Notes: generated by a model not told the origin, from the letters alone. Positions 8,084 through 17,853 are shown, numbered from the stretch's first letter. The stretch: 19,489 nt of DNA from an uncultured archaeon (GCA_964534625.1 CAZHRF010000043.1:1-19489), one strand, 5' to 3'. A program made the numbers and translations.

Positions 8084-9769
8084 TTACTCTAATTGTAGTT
8101 GCACCTCTTTATCTACTTCGAGACTGGGATCAACTATACATACCATCTTATATAATTCCTCTTTTAGGACCTTTACATTCTCAGAATAATCAACGGGGAT
8201 GTCTATCAAATGCACTCCTTTTGTATTTAGACATTCTTTTAACAAGGGAAGTAATTCTTCTGTTTTTTGTAATCTATGCCCTTTTGCCCCATAACTTTCT
8301 GCATATTTTACAAAATCAGGGTTAGTAAAATCTAATCCAAAATCTTCCAAGTCCATTATTTGTTGTTTCCATTTTATCATTCCCAATGCATTATCTCTTA
8401 AGAGTGCTATTGTTATATCTGTTCCTAATCTTATGGCAGTTTCAAGTTCTTGACTGTTCATCATGAACCCCCCATCTCCTACAACAGCTAAGACTTTCTT
8501 ATCAGGATTGATCAATTTTGCACATATTGCGGCAGGTAGGCCTGCCCCCATACTCGCCAGAGCATTGTCTAATAATACTGTATTAGGCTCATATGCATAG
8601 AAGTTTCGTGCAAACCATATTTTATACATTCCATTGTCAAAAGTAATGATCCCATCTTCAGGCATTGCGTCTCTGACATCTGACACAATTCTTTGTGGTT
8701 TGGGAGGATAACAAGAAGATTGTGATAATTCAGTAATATGATTTTCTATTTCCTTCTTTATTATTTCATAATAATTAAAATTCCAATTATCTGAAACAGA
8801 AATTTTTCGGGTAATCTTATTAATTGAACTTGCTATATCTCCGATCACTTCAACTTGGGGAAAATAAACTCCGTCTACATGAGCTTTAAAGAAGTTTACA
8901 TGGATTACTTTTTGTTTCCCTTTTTTCATGAAAAATGGTGGTTTTTCTACTATATCATGCCCTACATTTATTATCAGATCGGCTTTCCTTATTGCACAAT
9001 GTAGATAATCATTATCCGACAATGCTGCTGTCCCTAGAAAAAAGGGATTTCTCTCATCTACTACGCCTTTTGCCATTTGGGTATTGAAAAAGTACATGCC
9101 TGTTTTCTTGATTAGTCCTTCCATTGCCTTCTTTATTCTCTTTCTGTTTCCCCCTGCCCCAATTAATATTAAGGGGTATTTGGCTTGTTCTATTAAATTT
9201 ATTGCTCGTTGAATTATCTTTTCTCCCGCTATAGGTCTCCTTATTTCATTTCGTTCAAATACTTTAACAGTCGTTTCTTCTCTCGCTATATCTTCAGGTA
9301 ACTCAAGGTGTACGACTCCTGGTCTTTCTTCTTCTGCTAATCTAAACGCTTCTCTAACTAATGATGGTATAGTATTTCCATTAACTATTTGCTTAGTTAG
9401 ATATGTCAAAGGTTTCATCATATGGACAATATCCACAATTTGAAATCGTCCTTGTTTACTCTCTTTTATGGGTTTTTGTCCTGTAATCATAACTAGAGGC
9501 ATTGCGCCTAGTTGAGCATATGCGGCAGCTGTTACCAAGTTTGTAGCTCCTGGACCTAAAGTAGATAAACACACTCCTGCTTTACCTGTTAATCGACCAT
9601 ACGTGGCAGCTATAAATCCTGCAGCTTGTTCATGTCTTGTAAGGATAAATTTGATAGACGATTTACGTAAGGATTCTAATAAATCAAGATTCTCTTCACC
9701 TGGAACACCAAAAATATATTCGACGCCTTCATTTTCTAAAGATTTAATAAAAAGGTCTGATGCTTTCAT
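8084..9769 (-). CDS. ThDP-dependent acetolactate-synthase-large-subunit-like enzyme (possible 2-oxoacid/2-oxoglutarate decarboxylase)
   Basis: Motifs GVEYIFGVPGEENLD, TRHEQAAG, STLGPGATN and the ThDP motif GDGGFMM...DNALGMI. No ilvN/ilvH small subunit or ilvC/ilvD nearby. Confidence 0.88.
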   Translation of the reverse strand: MKASDLFIKSLENEGVEYIFGVPGEENLDLLESLRKSSIKFILTRHEQAAGFIAATYGRLTGKAGVCLSTLGPGATNLVTAAAYAQLGAMPLVMITGQKPIKESKQGRFQIVDIVHMMKPLTYLTKQIVNGNTIPSLVREAFRLAEEERPGVVHLELPEDIAREETTVKVFERNEIRRPIAGEKIIQRAINLIEQAKYPLILIGAGGNRKRIKKAMEGLIKKTGMYFFNTQMAKGVVDERNPFFLGTAALSDNDYLHCAIRKADLIINVGHDIVEKPPFFMKKGKQKVIHVNFFKAHVDGVYFPQVEVIGDIASSINKITRKISVSDNWNFNYYEIIKKEIENHITELSQSSCYPPKPQRIVSDVRDAMPEDGIITFDNGMYKIWFARNFYAYEPNTVLLDNALASMGAGLPAAICAKLINPDKKVLAVVGDGGFMMNSQELETAIRLGTDITIALLRDNALGMIKWKQQIMDLEDFGLDFTNPDFVKYAESYGAKGHRLQKTEELLPLLKECLNTKGVHLIDIPVDYSENVKVLKEELYKMVCIVDPSLEVDKEVQLQLE

Positions 9770-9822
9770 ACTGATAACTTTTGTATATATCTGATTAAAT
9801 GTTTTGTTTCAACAATTCCCTC

Positions 9823-9931
9823 TAGTATTATCGAATTAACGTAAAATTAAAGATTGTAACGATTTAAAACGCATGTTTGCCTATTTAATTACTGAAAGTA
9901 TAGCTGCAGAGCACTATTTCGGAAGTACTAT
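9823..9931 (-). mobile_element. MITE-like interspersed element, copy 2, with imperfect terminal inverted repeats
   Basis: Left end TAGTATTATCGAA (9823-9835) versus reverse complement of the right end TAGTACTTCCGAA (9918-9930) match 10/13. The interior is homologous to 4171-4251 in inverted orientation. No clear target-site duplication. Confidence 0.55.
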
Positions 9932-10159
9932 AGGTGAAAAATTTTACTTGTGGTCGTGAATAATGGTTTTTTTAGATTAATAGACGATTATATGCAAGTA
10001 TATGAACGTGAGAGAGTTAGATATGAGTTCAAGGTTTATTATCTATTAATTCTTGATCTTTTGTGTTTTTAGTACTCAAATGCAACCAGCTTCACAAGCG
10101 GTATCAGCTACTATTCAAGATATTTCTTGTTTTCTCTACTTTTTTTTTTGCTTATAGCT

Positions 10160-11329
10160 TCATTGAATATTAGCATGTTTCCGTTTCATTTTATCTTCTG
10201 ATATACTCATATCATGTGCTATTTGAGCCACAATACCATCCAATATACAAGCAGAAGTAGAATAAAAGACAAATTCGTCCGTATGTCTTTTATATTTATG
10301 GCTTTCTGCTACGTATGGTTTTTTCAAGGAACATATAGGAATCGTCACTATAGTAGGTTCATCTTTATCTTTTATTGTTTTTTCATTAGAGTTGGTGCTT
10401 GTAATAATAAATCTATTTGGCATTTCTTCATTATTTTTATATTCTCTCCAATTATGTTCTAGTTGAGTATAAACAAATATCACTAAATCTTCTTTTGTGC
10501 GTAATCTCCAGAGGTTAGTAGGAATAGTATTTACCCCTAGGTGCTGAAGCCTTATTCCTGACATTATGGCTATTTTTTCTCCCATTTCTGCTCCAAAAAG
10601 AAATGTTTGATTATTGTTGCTAATATTGTTTTTTACAGCCTCAATTAATGTATTGAATGTTTCATGTAAGCGTTCTTTTTTTTGTAGTGAGCTTGAAATA
10701 TAGTTTAATGTTTGTTTCACCTTATTTAGGTATTCTATATGCTGCTCATTTTTTGACTGTTTTTTATCTAATGAATAGATAAACCCAATTAAAATTATTA
10801 GTGCAGTCAGTTCAAAAAGCGTTCCCATCGGCGTCAGGGGTGCACTTTTCCCATCAATTTGCTTCTTTTCATATGTTGTTGCTTCTTTTGTCCTCTCACA
10901 CCAATCAAGATCAATGACCAGATCTACAATTCGACCAAAGATAGATTGAGGATTAGTTGTTACACCTATAATATAGACATTTTTTTGAGTACAAGCTTCA
11001 ATATTACTAATTGTAGTTTTTGTAAAGCCCGAACCTGAAACACCTAGTACTACATCATGATCCTCAACGGGTTTAGCATAATTAGAACCTATTATGGATA
11101 TATTAAAACCGAGATCAACTAATAATTCAGCAAATACTTTGCCAACAATTAAAGATCTTCCCACGCCGGTTATATGCACTACTCCATTCTGTTCTTTTGT
11201 TTTAAACATTTTTTGTGCAAGTTCTTCAAATATATTATTATTCGATTGAACATATTCTAAGGCTTTCGTTATAGATCTTTTCATAACAGACAAAGCATCA
11301 TTTACCACATTCAGTTGATCATTTGTCAT
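10160..11329 (-). CDS. Tandem SIS-domain protein, 6-phospho-3-hexuloisomerase (PHI/HxlB)-like
   Basis: Domain 1 has ITGVGRS, VLGVSGSGFT and PLTPMGTLFE. Domain 2 is degenerate (FLFGAEMGE...RLQHLG) but ends with the PHI-like MKRKHANIQ. Confidence 0.75.
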   Translation of the reverse strand: MTNDQLNVVNDALSVMKRSITKALEYVQSNNNIFEELAQKMFKTKEQNGVVHITGVGRSLIVGKVFAELLVDLGFNISIIGSNYAKPVEDHDVVLGVSGSGFTKTTISNIEACTQKNVYIIGVTTNPQSIFGRIVDLVIDLDWCERTKEATTYEKKQIDGKSAPLTPMGTLFELTALIILIGFIYSLDKKQSKNEQHIEYLNKVKQTLNYISSSLQKKERLHETFNTLIEAVKNNISNNNQTFLFGAEMGEKIAIMSGIRLQHLGVNTIPTNLWRLRTKEDLVIFVYTQLEHNWREYKNNEEMPNRFIITSTNSNEKTIKDKDEPTIVTIPICSLKKPYVAESHKYKRHTDEFVFYSTSACILDGIVAQIAHDMSISEDKMKRKHANIQ

Positions 11330-11543
11330 CCTATTTTCTTTTTGTTAATGTGATAGAAAAAACTTTTGATTCTGTTCGAGAAAATCTCTTCTTCCTCTAC
11401 TTCTACCTTTTTCTACCATTTTTAAACAAAAAAACAAAAAAATAGGAGGATACTTCGTGAAGCAGATCAAGAATATAGCTTAAAAGAAGAAATCTTTCAG
11501 ATATTTAACCTGTTTTAATCTTTCTTTAATTCTTCTTTCGAAT

Positions 11544-13904
11544 TCAGCAATATGTTTGCTTAGTTACATCAAATCCTTTTGGGATATGATGAACTATTAC
11601 TGCTCCACTTACTTCCTTTACAATCTGTCTACTTTTACGCAGCAAGAACCTTTGTTTCCATCCTCTAGCTTGACTATATCCAATTAATATTGCATCAGGT
11701 TCGTGTTTTTCTGCTTCTGATGCCACTGTTTGCACAAAACTCGTACCTAACATAAATTTAGGCGTTATCTTCATTGAATATTGTATACTTAGTTGCTTTA
11801 CATATTTTATAAAGGTTCTTTCGCTTCTTCTTACACAAGGAATTTTAGGTGCTTCATCAAGTGGAAAGAGTCGGGGCAATTCCATCGTATGATATGCTGT
11901 TACTCTGGTTGGTTTTTTTCCTGAAGCAATAAGATGTGCCCAACGCATAATAAACGCATCACGTTCTGTACCATCCAATAATGTGAAGATATTGCCTATC
12001 TCAGCTTCTCCAGCTTGATACTTGGGTGGAAAAACTTGTAAAACTGCACATTGAACATGATTCACTACTTCCTTAGATATATGTTTTTCAAATAACTGAT
12101 CAATCAAATTTGTTTTACGTCGGGAGGCCATAGAAATTAACTGGTAATTACCACTATTGTATTCTTGAATGATTTCTTTGGCAATATTATTATGACCAAT
12201 TTTTTTAACATGGATTTCATAATTTACCTCATGTGTGTCCATGAAATCTTTGATTTTCTCCAGATATTGCGTTTCATTTTTCATTCTTGGAAAGCTCAAA
12301 GGTTTCTCTTCGATTAAATGTAAGAGCGTTAATTTAACACCATATTTACGACTCAAATATGCTACTATTTGCAAATTTTTGGCTTCATATGGTTTATTTG
12401 CAATGGGCACTAATACGTTTTCCAATTTTGTGAAGAATATATCCGATGGGTCTTTATACACAAATTCTTCTAAATCGTCTGCGCCTAGCGGTTTCAATTC
12501 TGGTATTTGTTCTTCCGATGTTATATTATGCAAGATCTTCCTATTGATAAGAATCCATAGTAATGTCACTCCGCTGAAAGCAAATAAAAGTAGAAAAGCC
12601 ATTATTTCGCCTGCTTCACCCTCACCTAAGAAAAACGAATTATATAATGACAAAAGTAAAATCACTAGTATAAGCATAAAAGCTAATTTACTAACAATGT
12701 TTTTTTCTTCTTTGTAGACCTTTAGCACACTCAAATTAATAATCAAAAACACAATAAGAAAGATTATTGAAGCCACTTCTGCTACCGTTCGTGGGTTTCC
12801 TAAAAGTAAGAAAAGCAATGATAATACTGTAGCTATTATAACTGTTACATAAGGAACTTTGGTTTTTTTGCTGATTGTTGAAAATCTTTTGGGTAAAGTT
12901 TTCCATTCTGCCATGATATATGCTAGTCTTGAAGACCCTAACAATGTTGAATTAATTGCACTCGTTGAACTACCAATTGCACCAAAAGCAATAAGAGTAA
13001 TAGCCATAGGTCCTAAAAAGCTGATGGCTTGTATAAGAGCTGTTTCACTTATTTCTCCTGATATCAATCCTATGGTAACAAAGGAGATGCTTACATAAGC
13101 CACACAGACTATGGTTATTGAAATGTACATTCCTATGCGTACATCTCTAGTCGGTTTCTTCATCTCTTCAATTGTGTTTATAATAACTTGAAAGCCTTCA
13201 TTATCTACGAATATAATTGATGCCCCTATAAACGTCCCGAACAAGAAGGATAAGAACATTCCTCCTCCTTCTAATTGATGCTCTACTGATTCCATACTGG
13301 CAATAAAATTTTCCAGTTTAAGAAAAGATGCCCCGATAATTGTTAATATTATTAAAGCACCAAATTTTAAGACAATAATGATGTTTTGAATGGATCCTGC
13401 TTCTTTTACTCCTACCAAGTTTATCGCCATAAAGAACAAGATAATAAAAACTGTCATAATCGTTCTAAAATTAACGATACTTGATAAATTGGGATTAAAC
13501 AATTCCAATTTTGTGAGCTGATACAACCATTCTGATGTATACGCTCCAAAAGTTATAGCGTATAATGATATTGTAACACAGTAACCAATAAAAAGCATGA
13601 TACCTATAAAATCCCCCACAATAGGCGTTTTGTATCCTTTCCTTAATATGACAAATTCTCCCCCTGCTGAAGGATATTTTGCTACAAGTTTTATATAACT
13701 GTGTGCTGTTAAAAAGGCTATTACACCACCAATAAGAAATGAAAGCACAGCAAAAGGACCAGCGTATAAAACTACCGAACCTAAAGCAGTAAAGATGCCC
13801 CCCCCTATCATTGTTCCAATTGCAATGCTAACGGCTTCTCTTAAACCTAAGACTCTAGCGAGTTGAGTAGAATCTTGATCATCATGTTGTTCCATGTAAA
13901 TCAA
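11544..13904 (-). CDS. APC-family amino acid permease fused to two universal stress protein (USP) domains
   Basis: Motifs AIGTMIGGGIF, YPSAGGE, GFQVI...EEMKKPTR and SSRLAY; about 12 hydrophobic segments; C-terminal NVLVPIA...VVNHVQCAVL and DAILIG...IVKEVSGAVIV USP repeats. Confidence 0.88.
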   Translation of the reverse strand: MIYMEQHDDQDSTQLARVLGLREAVSIAIGTMIGGGIFTALGSVVLYAGPFAVLSFLIGGVIAFLTAHSYIKLVAKYPSAGGEFVILRKGYKTPIVGDFIGIMLFIGYCVTISLYAITFGAYTSEWLYQLTKLELFNPNLSSIVNFRTIMTVFIILFFMAINLVGVKEAGSIQNIIIVLKFGALIILTIIGASFLKLENFIASMESVEHQLEGGGMFLSFLFGTFIGASIIFVDNEGFQVIINTIEEMKKPTRDVRIGMYISITIVCVAYVSISFVTIGLISGEISETALIQAISFLGPMAITLIAFGAIGSSTSAINSTLLGSSRLAYIMAEWKTLPKRFSTISKKTKVPYVTVIIATVLSLLFLLLGNPRTVAEVASIIFLIVFLIINLSVLKVYKEEKNIVSKLAFMLILVILLLSLYNSFFLGEGEAGEIMAFLLLFAFSGVTLLWILINRKILHNITSEEQIPELKPLGADDLEEFVYKDPSDIFFTKLENVLVPIANKPYEAKNLQIVAYLSRKYGVKLTLLHLIEEKPLSFPRMKNETQYLEKIKDFMDTHEVNYEIHVKKIGHNNIAKEIIQEYNSGNYQLISMASRRKTNLIDQLFEKHISKEVVNHVQCAVLQVFPPKYQAGEAEIGNIFTLLDGTERDAFIMRWAHLIASGKKPTRVTAYHTMELPRLFPLDEAPKIPCVRRSERTFIKYVKQLSIQYSMKITPKFMLGTSFVQTVASEAEKHEPDAILIGYSQARGWKQRFLLRKSRQIVKEVSGAVIVHHIPKGFDVTKQTYC

Positions 13905-14343
13905 TTCTTCTTTTTTTGAGTTTTAAGTCATCGATTTATAAAGTATTCTACAAACTAGTAATGACAAGGATATAAACTGAAGATTGGAGGTAATATATCA
14001 AATTAAATCAAAGATTAGAGAAAAATAGAAAAAGAAACAAAACGCGGGAGAAAAGTCATATAAAACCTCGCTGTGACAAGATCATCTATCCCAGAGTAAG
14101 TTTTTTTATCCACAAGAAAATAAAAAAGTTACAAAAGAAGAGGAATTAGCTCACATAAGACGTCGTTGTTACTATTTAAAAAATAAAAAACATATGAAAG
14201 CAGACAATATTGTTTGTTTTAATACTATTCTGTTAAAGATTAGAAAAAAAGAAAGAAATCTATTTTTATAGGGTATGTTTGTCATGTGTAACTTTTCAAT
14301 CACCTCATATCCTTTTTTTGTATTTGTTTTGTGTTTGTTTTAG

Positions 14344-14676
14344 CTAGTACCCATTTAGCAAATCTCTATATCTTTTCTGTTCATCTATTTTTAAAATCTT
14401 ATAGCTGATCTGTATTTCTTCTCCTGCCATTATTTTTTCTATCAACCATTCTTTTTCTACTCCTTTTTTTCTTCCTTGGGTATCATAGCTTTTCATCCCT
14501 TCTTCAATTATTTTGAAGCCTGTCGGGATGAAATCTTTTAAGCGTATATCCGTTAATTCCCCTTTTCCTCTGTTAAGTGCAGAAAGAACTACCTCATATT
14601 GGTTATTTTCTTCTGCAGGATTAACTAAGCGTGTAAACGTTATTCTTCTCGGTTTTCTCTCTTGAATTGACTCCAT
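14344..14676 (-). CDS. Small Ig-like beta-sandwich protein (DUF11/BatD-like)
   Basis: Pattern YEVVLSALNRG...LTDIRLKDFIPTGF...WLIEKIMAGEEIQISYKI; no signal peptide. Confidence 0.65.
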   Translation of the reverse strand: MESIQERKPRRITFTRLVNPAEENNQYEVVLSALNRGKGELTDIRLKDFIPTGFKIIEEGMKSYDTQGRKKGVEKEWLIEKIMAGEEIQISYKILKIDEQKRYRDLLNGY

Positions 14677-14995
14677 TATATCTCACTTGAAAAATAGACT
14701 TTTTTCTTTTTGATTGAATGTCATACACATATAATATGCTCAGCTAGATCTTGGGGATTTTTTTTCCAAAATTTCTATATTTTGGCACTATTAATGATGA
14801 TTAAAAAGGCTTTAACAATATTTAACTATTGGTGAGTAAAGCGATTTCCAACCCAGTATGATTTTCTTTCTGAAGATTTATTTTTCTTCCTCTTTCCTCA
14901 TTTTCTCTAATCTTTAAATCACCATTTTTGACAAATACCTAGTTTTAAATTGCTAGAAAACATATTCTAAGTACTTAATTTTCGAGTGTGATATT

Positions 14996-15748
14996 ATGAA
15001 AGAATTACAAGAAAAAATAGCTATTGTTACTGGAGCAGCTGTTGGCATTGGTAAAGGTATTGCTTTATCCTTAGCTGAAGCTGGTGCTAAAGTTGTTATT
15101 GCTGATATTAAAGAAAAAGAATTGAATCAAACACTAACAGAGATCAAAGGGCTCGATGCTGATGGTTTAGCCATTATTTGTGACGTTTCTAAGACGGAGG
15201 ATATAGATAATCTCGTCAAAAAAACATTAGAAAAATATACTCGAATTGACATACTTGTCAATAATGCAGGTATCTACCCCTTTAAACCCTTTACTGATAT
15301 TTCCTTTGATGATTGGAAACAACTCATGGGGATCAATCTCGATGGGGTATATGACCTTACCCGTTCTGTTGTCTCAAAAATGATAGAACAAGAGTATGGA
15401 AAAATTATTAACATCGCTTCTATTGCAGGAACCACAGTTGGCTATGAACAACTAGTTCATTATTCTACAAGCAAAGCAGGTTTAGATGGTTTTACTAAAG
15501 CCTTAGCCATGGAATTAGCCAAACATAACATTAATGTCAATGCTATCTCTCCTGGAGCTATTAAGACACATGGTACAAGTAAGCTACCTGATGAACAAAT
15601 CAAACAAATTGAAATGATGATCCCTTTAGGCAGAATGGGATTACCCAAAGATATAGCTAATGCTGTTGTATTCTTGGCAAGTAATAGAGCGAGTTTCATT
15701 ACTGGTCAAAATATAATTATAGATGGTGGGCAAACAGCTAGACCTTAA
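14996..15748 (+). CDS. Classical short-chain dehydrogenase/reductase (FabG-like)
   Basis: Motifs VTGAAVGIG, LVNNAG, catalytic S...YSTSK, NAISPG and IDGG. An acidic residue after beta2 (IADI) suggests NAD preference. Confidence 0.92.
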   Translation: MKELQEKIAIVTGAAVGIGKGIALSLAEAGAKVVIADIKEKELNQTLTEIKGLDADGLAIICDVSKTEDIDNLVKKTLEKYTRIDILVNNAGIYPFKPFTDISFDDWKQLMGINLDGVYDLTRSVVSKMIEQEYGKIINIASIAGTTVGYEQLVHYSTSKAGLDGFTKALAMELAKHNINVNAISPGAIKTHGTSKLPDEQIKQIEMMIPLGRMGLPKDIANAVVFLASNRASFITGQNIIIDGGQTARP

Positions 15749-15921
15749 TAACAAATATCCAAATTTTTTTTTCTTTTTCATTTAAGAGTTTTTTTCAGAC
15801 TTATTTTTTTCTAATTTCTATATGGCTTAGGTACTAGTCAAGTAGAAAACACTTTGTAATAAGAATAAGAAGAACATATTGGTAATTTTCTTGGATATTT
15901 CCACAATTAGATGTTTTACTT

Positions 15922-17736
15922 TCAATCTCTTATTTTATTGCTAATTATGCTACACATAAGTTCAAATAGGCTAATGTCTGTATCTGTGAATGCATTCTTA
16001 TGTTTACTTTCGACATTCAAAACCCCAATCAGCTTTTGATCTACCTCTTGGGTTATTGGGGCACACAATTCGCTTTTAATATCCTCCACTCCCTTAACAT
16101 AAAATTCGCACTTACTGACGTCTGGAACATAGATTGTTTTCTTAGCCTTTGCTACACGTAAAATAACCCCTTTAGCATTTGAATCCAAATCTAGTATCAA
16201 ATCATCGACTGCTTTATCAGGATACCCCATTTGACTAATACGCTTCAATTTGTTGGTTTTTTCATCATATATCATTCCTACAAAATATTTGAAAGCCAAA
16301 TTAGAACTTAAAAAATCCTTAATGACTTCAAAAATCCCTTTTATATCATTTTTTGGAATAGTATCTACTCTTTTCGATAATTCAACAAGCGACCGAAAAC
16401 GTGATTCTGTTTCTAGTTTTGCCATATACTGTCCCACAAATTCTGCAAGTAACTCTAGTAACATTTTGTCTTCTTCAGTAAAAGCTTCTACCGTTTCATG
16501 TTCAATATTCAGAATCCCTACTACTCTATTTGTTGTTCCATGCAATATAGGTACGACCAATTCTGACAGTACTTTTTGTGTATCAGCTGCAAGATAGTCT
16601 GGATCTTGTCTGACATCTGGAATGTTCTGTATTTCTTTAGTTCTGGCTGCTCGGGCGATAATAGATTTGTCTTCTAGTTTTATAATATATCCTTCCGTAG
16701 ACGGATCATAATTTCTATTTATTATTAATTTTAGCCCATTAATGGCTCGATCCATTTGCCAAGCTGAGAAATATTTAAAATCTAACAACTCTTCTGATAA
16801 ATCTGCAACCGCCTCAAAAACCTCTTGTGGGCTACTAGTCGGACTGAGTTGATTTTCTAAGGATTGAATTAGTTGGAATTTTTTATCTAACTGTTCTTCA
16901 GTACTTGCTATATCAGAAAGTTGAATATCAACGAAGATTTGCTGAAAAACCAGCCTAAGCAATTCTTTGTTACCTTTTTGCATATTAAAAATAGGGTTAG
17001 AAACAGCTTTGTCAAATACACTTTCTATGTATTCATAATCTTGCAAAATTGGCGATAAATCTTTGTCATATATCAGTACTAATAAGTGAGGAATTGAACC
17101 TTTAAACCTTTTATCAGCTCTTGGTCTATTTGTAGTTTTATCCTCATCTATTCGATATGCATACGTTAAGCCACGAAGATTGGGATTATTTTTTACAGGA
17201 AAAGGTCCAAATAGTCCTGAATTATAAGCAGATATTGTCATGTAATATATCCCTATCTGTTCTAATACCGATCGTGTATTTGGAATAAAATCACCATTAT
17301 ACACAGATTCAAGAGTAGGACCTGTTGCACCAAAAACATATTTAGCTAAGGCTACATTCTGTCTTGCATATCTAAAATAGTTTTTGTAGCTCTTCCTTCT
17401 GGTATATAATATAAGATTTGTTTTAATAATTGCTAATAATCGATAGTCTGACGCTCCCATCTTTGTTCCAGTGCAAATACCTTTGAACCGTTGATTATTT
17501 TTTGTTATAAATTCCATCTCACATATCCAATTGGGTTGTGTTTTATCGCAACATAATTTATCATATGTGCTTACTTTAATCTGAGTGAGTGGAATAGGTA
17601 AGTCTACCTCTTCATATCCAAAGTTTTTGATAAAAGCTTCATTTATCCAAATTATTTGGTTGTTGTTATTTGTAATTAAAATAGCTGTATTGCTTTTTTC
17701 TATCGCATCTTTGAATAGGTCGGAAGGTATGTGCAT
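15922..17736 (-). CDS. Sensor protein: PAS + longin/uDENN-like central domain + two GAF domains, no enzymatic output domain
   Basis: N-terminal PAS (AILITNNNNQIIWINEAF). GAF1 (SIIARAA...IPDVRQDPDY...SELVVPI...GILNIE...AFTEED). GAF2 (YVPDVSK...SELCAPI...GVLNVES...AFTDTD). Central segment VFGATGP...GLFGPFP...TYAYRI...ADKRF...LLVLIY. Confidence 0.8.
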   Translation of the reverse strand: MHIPSDLFKDAIEKSNTAILITNNNNQIIWINEAFIKNFGYEEVDLPIPLTQIKVSTYDKLCCDKTQPNWICEMEFITKNNQRFKGICTGTKMGASDYRLLAIIKTNLILYTRRKSYKNYFRYARQNVALAKYVFGATGPTLESVYNGDFIPNTRSVLEQIGIYYMTISAYNSGLFGPFPVKNNPNLRGLTYAYRIDEDKTTNRPRADKRFKGSIPHLLVLIYDKDLSPILQDYEYIESVFDKAVSNPIFNMQKGNKELLRLVFQQIFVDIQLSDIASTEEQLDKKFQLIQSLENQLSPTSSPQEVFEAVADLSEELLDFKYFSAWQMDRAINGLKLIINRNYDPSTEGYIIKLEDKSIIARAARTKEIQNIPDVRQDPDYLAADTQKVLSELVVPILHGTTNRVVGILNIEHETVEAFTEEDKMLLELLAEFVGQYMAKLETESRFRSLVELSKRVDTIPKNDIKGIFEVIKDFLSSNLAFKYFVGMIYDEKTNKLKRISQMGYPDKAVDDLILDLDSNAKGVILRVAKAKKTIYVPDVSKCEFYVKGVEDIKSELCAPITQEVDQKLIGVLNVESKHKNAFTDTDISLFELMCSIISNKIRD

Positions 17737-17853
17737 TTATATATTATTAGTAGAGTTGGTATTTAATTCTATCTATTGTTAGTTTAAACTTATTTCTATC
17801 AATTTTAAGTATTTTCTAATTTTTTAGCTTTATCTCTTTGGTTTTTTATTTTT

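Noticed and set aside
8084-9769. Gene symbol ilvB
   Set aside because: Family-level match only. With no regulatory subunit or ilv context, a decarboxylase role is at least as likely.
1032-17782. Short opposite-strand ORFs inside major genes (1032, 1509, 4545, 4866, 7212, 7667, 9603, 10214, 12235, 12859, 15460, 16250, 17585)
   Set aside because: Antisense to well-supported genes and without motifs. The ORF at 17888-18193 is rejected for the same reason.
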